DNA of 64,000 nucleotides from Vicugna vicugna. Lineage: Eukaryota. The first letter of the stretch is position 1. Each line of letters starts with the position of its first letter. The notes beneath the pieces are model-generated. The model was not told the origin of the DNA, did no database searches, and saw nothing but the letters and a program-made list of their open reading frames with translations. A program made the translations under genes and the position numbers. Location of the stretch: the NCBI GenBank assembly GCA_013265495.1, contig MU057632.1, forward strand, positions 728,054-792,053. The letters run 5' to 3'. This document shows, one piece after another, positions 38,593 through 51,038 of this stretch.

Positions 38593-41342
38593 TAAAAAAG
38601 TCCAGGACCAGACGGCTTCACTGGGGAATTCTACCAAACATACAAAGAAAAACTCATACCAGTCCTTCTCAAACTCTTCCAGTAGATTGAAAAGGAGGGA
38701 GTATTCCCAAACTCATTCTATGAAGCCACCATCACCCTGATACCAAAACCAAGCAAAGACACTACCAAAAAAGAGAATTACAGACCAATATCAGATGAAC
38801 ATAGATGAAAAAATCCTTACCAAAATATTGGCAAATAGAATCCAACAGCACATAAAAAAGATTATACATTATGATCCAGTTGGGTTCATCCCAGGGACAC
38901 AAGGGTGGTTCAACATGCACAAATCAATCAATGTAATACATCACATCAACAAGAGAAAGGACAAGAACCACATGATCATCTCAGTGATGAAGAAAAAGCA
39001 TTTGATAAAATTCAACACCGATTTACAACAAAAACTCTCACCAAAGCGGGTATAGAGGGAACATATCTCAACATAATAAAAGCTATTTATGACAAACCTA
39101 CAGCCAGCATAGTAATCAACAGTGAAAAACTGAAAACCTTTCCTCTAAAACCTGGGATGAGATAAGGCTGTCCACTCTCACCACTTCTATTCAACATAGT
39201 CTTGGAAGCCCTAATCACGGCAATTGGGCAAGAAAAAGAAATAAAGGGGATCCAAATTGAGAAAGAAGAAGTAAAATGGTCACTATATGCAGATGACATA
39301 CTAAATATAGAAAAGCCTAAAAGGTCCACACAAAAACTACTAGAACTAAATAAAAGAATTCAGCAAGGTAGCAGGTTACAAGATTAATGTACAAAAATCA
39401 GTTGCATTTCTTTACACTAACAATGAATCAACAGGAAAAGAAAGTAAAGAAACAATCCCTTTTAAAATAGCACCCAAAATAGTAAAATACCTAGGAATAA
39501 ATCTAACCAAGGAGGTAAAAGACTTATACATGGAGAATATAAAACACTCATTAAAGAAATTAAAGACTTAAAAAAATGGGAAGGTATCCCATGCTCCTGG
39601 ATTGGAAGAATCAATATTGTTAAAATGGTCATATTGCCCAAGGCAATCTACAGATTTAATGCAATCCCTATCAAATTATCCAGAATATATTTCACAGAAC
39701 TAGAACAACTCATAATAAAATTTATATGGAACCACAAAAGACCCAGAATTGCCAAAGCATTACTGAAGAAAAGGAAAGAGGCTGGAGAAATAACCCTCCC
39801 AGACTTCAGACAATGCTACAGAGCTACAGTCAACAAGACAGCATGGTACTGGTACAAAAACAGACATATGGACCAATGGAACAGAAGAGAGAGCCCCGAA
39901 ATGAACCCACAAACTTTTGCTCAACTAATCTTCGACAAAGAAGGCAAGAACATACAATGGAATAAAGACAGTGTCTTCAGCAAATGGTGTTGGGAAAACT
40001 GGACAGCAGCATGTAAAACAATGAAGCTAGAACACTCTCTTACACCATACACAAAAATAAACTCAAAATGGATCAAAGACTTAAACATAAGACAAGATAC
40101 AATAAACCTCCTAGAAGAAAATATAGGCAAAACATTATCTCACATACATCTCAGCAATGTTCTCCTAGGGCAGTCTAGCCAAGCAATAGAAATAAAAGCA
40201 AGAGTAAACAAATGGGACCTAATGAAACTTACAAGCTTCTGCATAGCAAAGGAAACCATAAGTAAAACAAAAAGACAACCTATGGAATGGGAGAAAATTT
40301 TTGCAAAAGTTGAAACTGATAGAGGCTTGATCTCCAGAATATATAGGTAGCTCATACAACTTAATAAGAAAAAAACAAACAACCCCATCCAAAAGTGGGC
40401 AGAAGACTTAAACAAGCAATTCTCCAAGTAAGACACACAAATGATCAATAGGCACATGAAAAAATGCTCAGTGATGCTAATTATCAGAGAAACACAAATC
40501 AAAACTACAATGAAGTATCACCTCATACCAGTCAGAATGGCCATCATTCAAAAGTCCACAAATGACAAATGCTAGAGAGGCTGTGGAGAAAAGGGAACCC
40601 TCCTACACTGTTGGTGGGAAAGCAGTTTGGTGCAGCCACTATGGAAAACAGTATGGGGATTTCTCAAAAGACTTACCATATGACCCAGTAATCCCACTCC
40701 TGGGCATACATCCAGAAGGAACCCTACTTCAAAAAGACACCTGCACCCCAGTGTTCATAGCAGCACTATTTACAATAGCCAAGACATGGAGACAGCCTAA
40801 ATGTCCTTTGACAGATGATTGGATAAAGAAGATGTGGTGTATTTATAGAATTGAATACTACTCAGCCATAAAAAATGACAACACAATGCCATTTGCAGCA
40901 ACATGGATGTCCCTGGGGAATGTCATTCTAAGTGAAGTAAGCCAGAAAGAGAAAGAAAAATACCATATGAGATCACTTATATGAAGAGTCTAAAAAAAAA
41001 AAAAAAGAAGAAGAAGACAAATGTACTTAAATATAAAATAGAAACAGACACATAGACGTAGAATACAAACTCATGGTTGCCAGGGGTTGGGGGGGTGGGA
41101 AGGGACCGACTGGGAGGTTGAAATTTGTATATACTGACAGGTATATATAGAATAGATAAACAAGATTATACCGCATAGCACAGGGAAATATATACAAGAT
41201 CATGTGGTAGCTCATGCTGAAGAAGAATGTGACAATGAATATACGTATGTTCATGTATGACTGAAAAATTGTGCTCTACACTGGAAATTGACACAACATT
41301 GTAAACTGACTATAACTCAATAAAATAAAACAAAATAAAAAA
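38593..41342 (+). mobile_element. 5'-truncated young L1 (about 2.75 kb): disrupted ORF2 (RT and C-terminal domains) plus 3'UTR and poly(A)
   Basis: ORF-track pieces give the L1 ORF2 peptides [26 protein letters not shown] (RT catalytic motif), [14 protein letters not shown] and [14 protein letters not shown], broken by frameshifts and stops. Confidence 0.96.
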
Positions 41343-41435
41343 CCGGTAACAGGACTCTTCAGAGTTTTTATTCCTTCTTATGTTGTTTTTAGTAAGTTGT
41401 GCTTTTCAGGGAATTTGTAGATTTCACCCACACCA

Positions 41436-41630
41436 GGATGAGGCAAATTGATTTTGTAAAGGCCAAAGAGTAAATATTTTAGGCTTTGTGGTCCACACTG
41501 TCTCTGTTGCAACTACTCAACTCTGATGTTGAGGTGGAGAAACAGTCACAGATAATATTTAATCAAAGGGGCACAAATGTGTCCTAATAAACCTTTATTC
41601 ACAAAAATAGACAATGGACCAGATTTGGAT
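41436..41630 (+). mobile_element. MER58A-like DNA transposon
   Basis: tgtaaaggccaaagagtaaatattttaggctttgtggtcc...tctctgttgcaactactcaactctg...aataaacctttattcacaaaaa. Confidence 0.8.
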
Positions 41631-42619
41631 TCTTCTAAGAAATGTTTTCTTTCTTTAGTTTTCGGTACTCTGATCATGATATTGCTAATTTTTTTTTCTT
41701 TTCACATATCTTAGGAATTTGAAAGGTTTTTGGATTTATATTTTGATGTATTTCATCACTTTTGGAAAATTCTCAGCCAGTCCCCCAGGATTCAGGTATT
41801 GTTCCTGCCACTTCCTCTCCCTCTGGGACTCCAGTGACAGACACACTTTTCCTCCTCATCCCACATGTCTCCTGTCGTCCTGCAATTTCTCCCCCTCTTT
41901 TCCGTGTGTCAATTTATATACTTTCCCCAGACCAGCTCACTAATTCTCAATTCTGTTGTTTCTAAGGTGCCATTAAACCCACCTATTAAATATGCTATTA
42001 GGGTTTTTGGTTTTTTGTATATTTTTAGTTTTAGAATCATCACTCAGTTTGTAAAAATGGATTCCAGGTCTCTGCTGAAAACATCCATCAACCTCTATTT
42101 TCTAAACAGCCCCCAATGCACCCCTGTTCCACAGAACGGGACTAGCAAGACTTCTCCGTACAGAGGTCACTGGCACTGTGAGGCATAAGACGTGCTTTCA
42201 GGATGTTCTGCATCTAGAGCATCCCCGCATCTAGTTCTCACAGGCTCCGGGGTGGACATTTCTGATGGGGCTTTTCAAGGCTGAGGGATTTATTTTAGAG
42301 AACTTTAAATTCGATTCAAGAGCTGAACATGTCCGCATCTAGTCTAGGTATCTCTCCTCATTTTAGTCCAGACATCACTAAATTTGAAGGCTGTTTTCTA
42401 TAGCTTATATCATTTAAAGATGTAGTTGGTCTCCTAGTTTCATGGTAGATGAAATTTTTAGTCCCTTTCCTACCAAATTTTGGGTAGTTTTCAGTTGGCA
42501 GTGAGAGAGGAATGAAAGCATCTGTTCTCTGTCATCTTCAGTCTCTGATCAGGAGCTCGATTTGGGACATAAAATCAATATGACTTGATGACTCATTTGA
42601 GCACAAATTCTCAGTGAGA

Positions 42620-42845
42620 GTGATGTGCTCCCAAAGGTGGTAATTGGTTCTTGGTGAAGATAAGAGGGGTGAGAAGATCCTAGATAACACAGCGGTCGTG
42701 GTCCCCTAAGGGGCCACAGTGGATAAACAGTACAGGACACCTGTGTTATTCAAATGTCAGGTAGGGAGGGCTATAGGAAAAGAACATCCAAAAGTCCCCT
42801 TAGGGGGTTGATAACGATGAAAAGATTGAGGAATAATGCGTTAGA
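42620..42845. mobile_element. hAT-Charlie-like MER fragment
   Basis: Ends resemble hAT termini (gtgctcccaaag... and ...gggggttgataacgatgaaaagattgaggaataatg). Subfamily is uncertain. Confidence 0.4.
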
Positions 42846-43074
42846 AGGAGGCTTGAGGGAGAGTTAAAAACTAGTGTGCCTTCCAGCTTTTTGATTTGGG
42901 AACTAGGTGGGTAATGGGGTAGAAAAAATATACTTACTCTGTTCAAATATTAAATAAGCCAATGTTTTGTTTATGTTTGTTCTAAGAATCATTTTAGGGA
43001 TCTTAATGATTACAAATGATCAGTTAAAAATAGATATACTTGTTTTTAAAATAAAATTTGTATTTTTAAAAAAT

Positions 43075-43365
43075 TCCACATAAAAGTAATATCATAAACA
43101 AACTATAGTTACCAAAGGGGAAAGGGGGGAAAGGATAAATTAGGAGTTTGGGATTAACGGATACAAACTACTGAATATAAAACAGATAAACAACAAGGAT
43201 CTACTATATAGCACAGGGAACTGTATTCAATTTCTAGTAATAAGCTCTAATGGGAAAGAATTTGAAAAATAATTTTATATATATGTATAACTGAAATACT
43301 TTACTGCACACCTGAAACTAACACTATAAATCAACTACACTCCAATTAAAAATAAAATTAAAAAA
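43075..43365 (+). mobile_element. L1 3'UTR fragment
   Basis: gttaccaaaggggaaaggggg...agcacagggaactgtattcaa...taaatcaactacactccaattaaaaataaaa. Confidence 0.82.
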
Positions 43366-44410
43366 TATGTATATCGTCATGTATTTCCAGTCTGTTATAA
43401 ATTCAACTAAGTATTTATGTACACACACAGACACACTGGTGTACAATATTCAGTGAACACTGAAACATTAGAAAGTAATCTCTCATATCATGTCATCTGA
43501 ACCATAAGAGAGTATAAATGAGTCACAGATGACAAAATCATATCATAAAACTGAAGACGGACACACACAAATGATTTCTTGATATACCTGCTGTTTTTGT
43601 TTATAAAGGAACAAAGAAGACCACCAATTATTCTGGATGATTCAGATAACTTAGAAAATGTTTCCACTAATTATAGGAAGCCAGCATATATGGTCTCTTG
43701 AGAATCTTTCAAGTTCTATGGGTCTACAGTTTCTTGATTCACTATATGGGACATGACGTATGTATTCAATAAGCAAGTGTTGATCAATACAGATTTGGCT
43801 ATAGTGTCGATGCTTTAGGATGGCCTCTAAAATCAAGGTAACCATATTTTAAAATGAGTAAAGAAAGACAGCTCTACATGATGATTTTCTAGAAAAATAA
43901 AAAAGCCTTTTAAATTTTTTACCTTATTGTTGTAAATTTAACATATACCAAGCGTAGAATGAAGTCTGTTTACTATGTGCTGAAGCCATGAATTTGAAAA
44001 TAAAATATATTCCTTTGGACAGACTGTTATTATACTATGTAAAGCTAACATGCTTAAAGCAATCACAAGTACCTCTTCTATTTCATACATCAAGCGCATG
44101 ATTAAGACACAAAATGTGCTGTGGGAAAATGGACCAATAACCTGATAGAAACCAAACAGTCTGCAAGTTTTCTTTTTCTTTGAAATTAGAGCTTTTTCCT
44201 CACTGTATTATACCAAAGACTTGCCAACATAATATAAAAACTGTCGGCCAAATCAAGGTACTTATCTGAGTTCAGAATACTTAATAGCTAAAGAATTAGA
44301 ACTGGATCTCATATTTTAATTTTTTTCCTGCACATCATTGCGCCAGAATTTGCTGTGCCACATAGCTTGGTTTACAATTTGCTTCTAAGGCAGTGATCTG
44401 TCCTCTTTAC

Positions 44411-44990
44411 TTTTTTTTTTTAACATTTTTTATTGATTTATAATCATTTTACAATGTTGTGTCAAATTCCAGTGTTCAGCACAATTTTTCAGTCATTCAT
44501 GGACATATACACACTCATTGTCACATTTTTTTTCTCTGTGAGTTATCATAACATTTTGTGTATATTTCCCTGTGCTATACAGTGTAATCTTGTTTATCTA
44601 TTCTACAATTTTAACCCAATGTTCATAGCAGCACTATTTACAATAGCCAAAACATGGAAACAGCCTAAATGTCCATCAACAGGTGACTGGATAAAGAAGA
44701 GGTGGTATATTTATACAATGGAATACTACTCAGCCATAAAAACTGACAACATAACGCCATTTGCAGCAACATGGATGCTCCTGGAGAACGTCATTCTAAG
44801 TGAAGTAAGCCAGAAAGAGAAAGAAAAATACCATATGAGATCGCTCATATGTGGAATCTAAAAAACAAAAACAAAAACAAACAAACAAACAAACAAAAAC
44901 AAAGCATAAATACAGGACAGAAATAGACTCACAGAGAATACAGACTTGTGGTTACCAGGGGGGTGGAGGGTGGGAAGGGATAGACTGGGA
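44411..44990 (-). mobile_element. Young L1 insertion with 5' inversion (twin priming), TSD CTCTTTAC(T)n
   Basis: 44411-44612 is the antisense 3' end with its tail; 44613-44990 is the sense ORF2 end plus 3'UTR. The TSD starts at 44403 and 44991. Confidence 0.9.
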
Positions 44991-45839
44991 CTCTTTACTT
45001 TTTTTAAAATAATATTTTTAATGAGTCTTCAGTGGATGAAACAACTACTTGTAAAACTGCTCTAGTGGAAGGATTAAGCGTGAGCCCTGCTCTCTAAGTC
45101 TTCTCTTCATCTTTTATTTCTTCTTCTGTTTCAAACATGTATATGTGTACGCGGGAACATGCAGAGGTAGTAATGTTCATTCGAACACCTGCAATTGAGA
45201 GTATGACCTGAAAACCTTCATGCTAATGAAACTGAACTTCTCCAAACCAACACTTACATTCATCCCGCTCATCATAAATCATAAAGCGAGGTGGAAAAAT
45301 TAAGCATGAATAATAAAATCCAGATTTTGAAAGGTGTTGTGTCATACACCGTGGTGGCCACCTGCCTCTAAGACACGTTAGGGATAACTTTAAAAAGTTC
45401 AGAGTAACTCACTGAATATTCACATCTTGTAGGAAGAAACTGAGCTACAATCATACAGTGTAACTCTGCATCGAGGGCAATCTGACACACTCATCACTTT
45501 TTCTCACTCACTCCTGTGGGGTGCAAGTGGTGGATATGGTTCCCATTTTTCAGATGAATACACACATAATAAAGTTTCATATATATTAAGAGTCATTTAA
45601 AACCACAGAGCGAGGGATCACGTCCGTTTTGCTTTGCAGCATATAGTGGGTACCAAGTGTGGTCCCTCAATGTAATAGGTGCTCAATAAATGGCTGGTGA
45701 ATGAATGGATGAGTGAGTGAACCGTTAAACAGGAAAATAAATTAAGTTCTGCAGAAGCTGTGTACTTACTGCAGTTCTTTTACTGGTTAGTGATCGTATC
45801 AAAACAGAAATCAACACACACACACACACTCCCCCCACA

Positions 45840-46250
45840 ATGTCCTAACCCAGTCATCTGTCAATGGACATTTAGCTTGTTTCCATGTCTTGGCTATTGT
45901 AAATAGTGCTGCTGTGAACATTGGGGTGCATGTGTCTTTTTTAATTAGAGTTCCCTCTGGATATATGCCCAGGAGTGGGATTGCTGCATCATATGGTAAG
46001 TCTATTTCTAGTTTTTTAAGGAATCTCCAACTATTTTACATAATGGCTACACCAAACTACATTCCTACCAACAGCATAGGAGGGTTCTCTTTTCTCTACA
46101 CCCTCCCCAGCATTTATCCTTTGTGGACTCTTAAATGATGTCTGGTATGAGGTGATACCTCATTGTAGTTTTGCGTTGCATTTCTCTGATAATCAGCAAT
46201 ACTGAGCAATTTTTCATTGGCTATTTGTATGTCTTCATTGGAGAATTGGC
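45840..46250 (-). mobile_element. L1 ORF2 C-terminal fragment
   Basis: ttccatgtcttggctattgtaaatagtgctgctgtgaacattggggtgcatgtgtc...gaggtgatacctcattgtagttttg. Confidence 0.88.
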
Positions 46251-46547
46251 TGCTACCAGTTATGAAATATAAATACGTCTACTATCATACTGATCAGATT
46301 TTTCATCTTTTAACCATGAGTTTGAATAAACAGAATTTTAAAACTTAGGCAGGTGTTAGTTATTAAAAAAAAGAAATAAGAAGCAGTCATATATTGAGAA
46401 TAATCATTACTCACAGTTTTATGGGAATAGGGAATATTTAAGGCAGAAAAGCCTGCAACCCTCTGATGTCATTTTGTTCTTTTTTTTTTCCATTACAAAC
46501 CCTTCTCTTAGGTTTTTACCACATGGTTGATAGTAGACATGGCATAC

Positions 46548-46550
<3 letters not shown>

Positions 46551-46602
<52 letters not shown>

Positions 46603-46609
46603 CGCGCGC
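46551..46609. repeat. (TG)22(CG)7 compound microsatellite
   Basis: Directly visible: 59 bp of uninterrupted purine/pyrimidine alternation. Confidence 0.95.
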
Positions 46610-48099
46610 TCATGCATGCCTGCCTATGAGGATATTCAGGGAGAAGAATGTACATAAACATATAACTGGGCTCTGAATGTCAGAAGAAAGGCTGGTCCTT
46701 TCCCATATCTCACTGCACCTTCTTTATTCCTCCTAAATGTTCTAAAAAATCAAATATGCACCACGTATGAAGAATCCCGGACCTAAAGTACGGGACTACA
46801 GGAAATATGCTTCTTTATGTTAGTTTCGGGGGAAACTTATTTAGCCATTAGCTTTGCTGCCTAAACCAATGTCATCCACTTACATAAAGATAACTCTCAG
46901 CTCAGATGTGATCGAAACTACAAAGAAGAGAAAGGGGAGCTGAAAACAGGGAAACGCCCAGAGAAAACGGATTCGTCATTAAGAAATTTATTTGTATCCT
47001 TTCAGGTCTGCCCTCCTCCCCATCACCTTCAATTTCCCACAGAGTAACCTTGGCTCCAGTACACTCCCAGGTAGATTCTAGTTCCTTGTTGAGCTGCCTA
47101 AAAGTTTTCTATTCTTTACTTTCTTCCTCAAAAATCATGTAGCCAAATTTTTCCTGACGATTAATTTTTGAAGAATCCATTTTCCTGAAACTTCAAGAGA
47201 ATGACAATGGACCCATATATTGTTTTCACAGTTGGTTAGTAATAAATGTTCAATTAAATCATCATACTTTATAGCATAGAACATAAACAAAATTGCTTTA
47301 AGCTTTACGGTTTTGTAACTATTAGTAAACTGCTTTCAGTAATTAAAAGCAAAAGGTCTTCGTTTAAACCCTACGTATCAATATTCTTGCTAAATTGAAT
47401 AGGTTTTGAAATAATATCTTAAAAATATTTCAGTAAAAAGGAATCAATTAGAATAATTTTTACCTCTTTATCCCAACAGCTTAATGTGGCTACATACTTA
47501 GGTCTTTTAATTCTTCCTTTAATTTTAGAGAACTTAATATTGTTAGGACCGGATGCTGAGAACATTAGAAGTAGAGATAAAACCTTTTTTTTTCTATTAA
47601 TGTATTTATTGATTGGACTTGCTCATGTAGAGTCTCAGAGAATGTCATTGTTAATTAACAGTAAGATAAGTGTTCTCAATCGGCTCCAACGTATGAGGTA
47701 GGTGCAGAAAAACCCAGGAAGATGGAAAGCTCTAAGATACATTTTATTCTAAAACATCAAAATGTGCAATAATATTAGATTTCCAGATTATTAGAAAGAT
47801 AATTGTTCCTATTTTGAGCATTTTTATCTCTTGGATCTCTCATCAACCACAAAACTCCTTCAGTGAAACTTCTATTTCTGAAAACTCATTAAGAACAAAT
47901 ATAAAATACCCCCTGTCCATATTGAGTCTGCTTTGCTTAGGGCAGGATTGGATACCTGAGGTCTTTTCTCTTCAGCAGAATTATTTAAGCAAACTTCATG
48001 CAAATTTTTTATCACACACATAATGTAAAATAGGGATGCGTATTTTGTTATCATGTCCATCTGAAGGCAGACCAACTGCTTTGGGATTAAAGAAGAGAC

Positions 48100-48310
48100 C
48101 AGCACAATGCGGCCCATGGGGAAACACAGCCTGCTTTCTGTTTTTTGTTTTTTTTTTTACAAATAAAATTGTACTGGAATACAACTATGCTCACTTGTCT
48201 GCAGTTTCTGTACCACAATGACACTGAAAAGTAGTTGGAAAAGAGACTGTCCTGCATAGCCTGAAATGTTTACTACATGGCCCTTCATGGAGAGAGCTTT
48301 CTGACACTGG
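48100..48310 (-). mobile_element. MER58-like DNA transposon fragment
   Basis: aaataaaattgtactggaatacaactatgctca...gtagttggaaaagagactg...agcctgaaatgtttactacatggcccttcatgga, the reverse orientation of the 41436 copy. Confidence 0.65.
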
Positions 48311-48620
48311 ACTTTGTGGTCCACAGAACACTGTGTGGATTTAATCATCTTAGAAGAAACTCCTGTGACTGTGACTTGGAGCCATCTCCAGAATTATGAC
48401 AACAGTTATAAATTATACCTGATAGTAGATGGTACCCAACAGTCTAGGCAATATTACACAATAGTTAGTAACTTCTCAACCCACGCTAGTCCCAGTTATT
48501 TTAATGCAATGTTTTGCAGCTTGAACTGAACGGTAGTTTAGCAAGAATATTCATGAAGCTAGGTGCATTTGCATCCCGCGGATGAAGGCCTGATTTGTAC
48601 AAACAGCATTGCCCACTCAC

Positions 48621-48787
48621 CTGATCCTACCCCGGGGGCGCTCAGACTGCTCAGACATGAAGCTTGTACTGCTGAGGCGGGAGGCACTGCTGGTTCGGGA
48701 AACGGCGGACACATCGCTGACATCACTATCTGATGACTTGGCAGAGACGTTATCACAGCTTCTGTACTGATCTTTATGAATGTTATA
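48621..48787 (-). CDS. RIMS1: RIMS1 internal coding exon, 167 nt, phase 0->2: YNIHKDQYRSCDNVSAKSSDSDVSDVSAVSRTSSASRLSSTSFMSEQSERPRGRI(S)
   Basis: Borders are ttttaatctttag|TATAACATT...GGTAGGATCAG|gtgagt. It encodes the KSSDSDVSDVSA.SRTSSASR.SSTS motif typical of RIM1/RIM2. The ORF track shows this region only in a different frame. Confidence 0.95.
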
Positions 48788-50950
48788 CTAAAGATTAAAA
48801 ACAAGAAAGCGTGAGCTCCATCATCAGATCATGGACCACAGAGACATACACGGCGAAGTTCACGACGGCTTTGCCCACGTCAAGTCAAAGTGCCCCTTCA
48901 TAAAAACAGGGGTGGGACCTCCAATCATCCAAACACTAAATGCAGTCCATGATTTCCAATACAAAAATCCCACATCCTTTGAATGGTAAGAAGTGGCTTA
49001 TAAGGACTGAAGTATAAAAGACTCAAAAATGTAAATGCTTAGGTGTAAAATCATTGCAGAACTTATTTACACAAGTGTCAAAACATCAAAATTGTATTAT
49101 TTTTTTCTAGTATATCAATTTATTTTTTCTTGCTGTGGTTTTCATTATTGGCTACAAATTCTACTCATCTTCTACACTATCCATGGTACAGACTGTTTCT
49201 GTCTGCCTGTGCCTCCTGAGTCTTTCTAAAACGTACACTCAGTTTCCCTACACACTTTCCCTACTCTAGACATCACACTTGAAATTTCATCCAAAAATAT
49301 AACTCTCTACAAAAAAGGCTGATATTAAAGGCTGTGCCAGAGATAAGGACAGCAGTGGAAGAAAAAACTGGACTTTGACTTTCTATCATGGTGTAATTAG
49401 TCATTTTCAGATTTAACTATTCAACAAAGACTTGAAGTTAAAAAATGACTCAAAAAAAAAAAGATTCCACCAAGTTTTGAAAGCAAAAAAATGGGATTCC
49501 TATTAAAATTTCAATATACACTACCTCTTATATTTAAGTGTGTCTTTATAGTTTAATATTCATTGTCATCCATTACTAAATTAATACTAAAGATAAATGT
49601 CTTAGAAATCATTAGGTAAAAGATTACAACTTGCAAAGGTGTCAAAGCAGTTAATCCACTCTTCTTTTTGCTGCACTCTCTTATTGCAATGTATGACACA
49701 GTGAATAGTTTTATATTGTCTGTATTATTTTTATATATGTTTTAGTCATAATAAATAGTAAGGTTATACTAGTGTATGCAATTTATAAATAACGAATATA
49801 TAATTGATTTTCTATTGTTAGATACTGGAAGGTAAGATAATATAACTTCTTACATAAAATAAAAGAACATATAACTAAAAGGAACATATGACCAAACACT
49901 GGGTATTTAAGTTTCATATCAAGCAATTTAATTTTGCACTTATGCGCTAAGGTGTGAAAATATCAAAAGTTTGTTAAATTTGTAGAAAAGCTCACCTATC
50001 CTCTGTCCTCCATGAGCTTTAATAAATCTAAAATGATGTAAATACTTTCTAAAATTTTGTATATGCAGTTGTCTTGATAAAGAATACTAAATGAAACGAT
50101 GCTAAAATGTGGATCTGTATATACAAAAGGACTACAAGACAATAATGTTTTTTAAAAAAACTCCTAGAGGAAGGGTCATGTTTATTTCATAATCCTTCAA
50201 ATGAGAATAGTTCAGGCTTAAGGTATTAAAATGTTAATTTTTCACCTCTCACTTGTAGCTGTTAGGCAAAGAATTTCACAACAAGTGTGAAAACAATTCC
50301 AAATTTATAGAATATCCATAGAATTATCTTTCCAAAGAATTTTTTCATAATTGTCTGATTTGTTTTTGAAAGGCATATATGCTAAATAATCCAAAAGGAA
50401 ATCCATATTTGTTATTATGTTCAGAACTGAGCTATTTATGTAACTTCAAGTTTGACCTAAAATTAATATTATTTAAGACAATGTATTCAAAGTAACGTGT
50501 TAACGGTTTCCCAACAAATTCTGTCATATCTGATAGCAGGATGCTGACTAAGAGGATTCATTTCAATCAGAACTGTTTTTTATTTACAGAATAGATGTAA
50601 AAATTTAATATGCACACATAGTGGAATGTGATTTTAATACTATTACTGGGGTACAAACATAATTTCTATATTACTTATTTCTGAAACTAATTATGTAATT
50701 ATCAGAATGTTTCCAAATACTGAAATGATAGCTTGACCATGAGAGACTATGAATGAGTTGGTTTCTAATACAATAAAAATTTACCCAGCTGTGGGAGATT
50801 TTTCTGGCATTGTACTGACCACCAGAACAAATGTTCTAATATTTGGCAAATAATAAGCAATGTAGACTACAGCATAAGGACATGTGGGTGTACATGGAAC
50901 TATTTCCCCAACTGAAGAAATCCCCCTTTTCTATCTCTTCCTCTCTCTCT

Positions 50951-51038
50951 CTTTTTCTGTAATGGAGGTGCTGGGGACTGAACCCAGGACCTCGTGTGTG
51001 CTAAGCACGTGCTCTGCCACTGAGCTATACCTACCCCT
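50951..51038 (-). mobile_element. Vic-1-like SINE (short)
   Basis: aatggaggtgctggggactgaacccaggacctcgtgtgtgctaagcacgtgctctgccactgagctatacc. Confidence 0.85.

Noticed and set aside
39625..40350. 241-aa ORF, the longest in the window, as a novel RT-system gene
   Set aside because: It is a piece of frameshifted, 5'-truncated L1 ORF2.
48559..48804. 81-aa minus-strand ORF as listed in the track
   Set aside because: Wrong frame; the RIM1 peptide is in another frame defined by the splice sites.
49996..50027. 32-nt tag|...GGATAG|gtgagc cryptic exon-like motif (minus)
   Set aside because: It is frameshifting with an early stop, and motifs of this strength are expected by chance in long introns.
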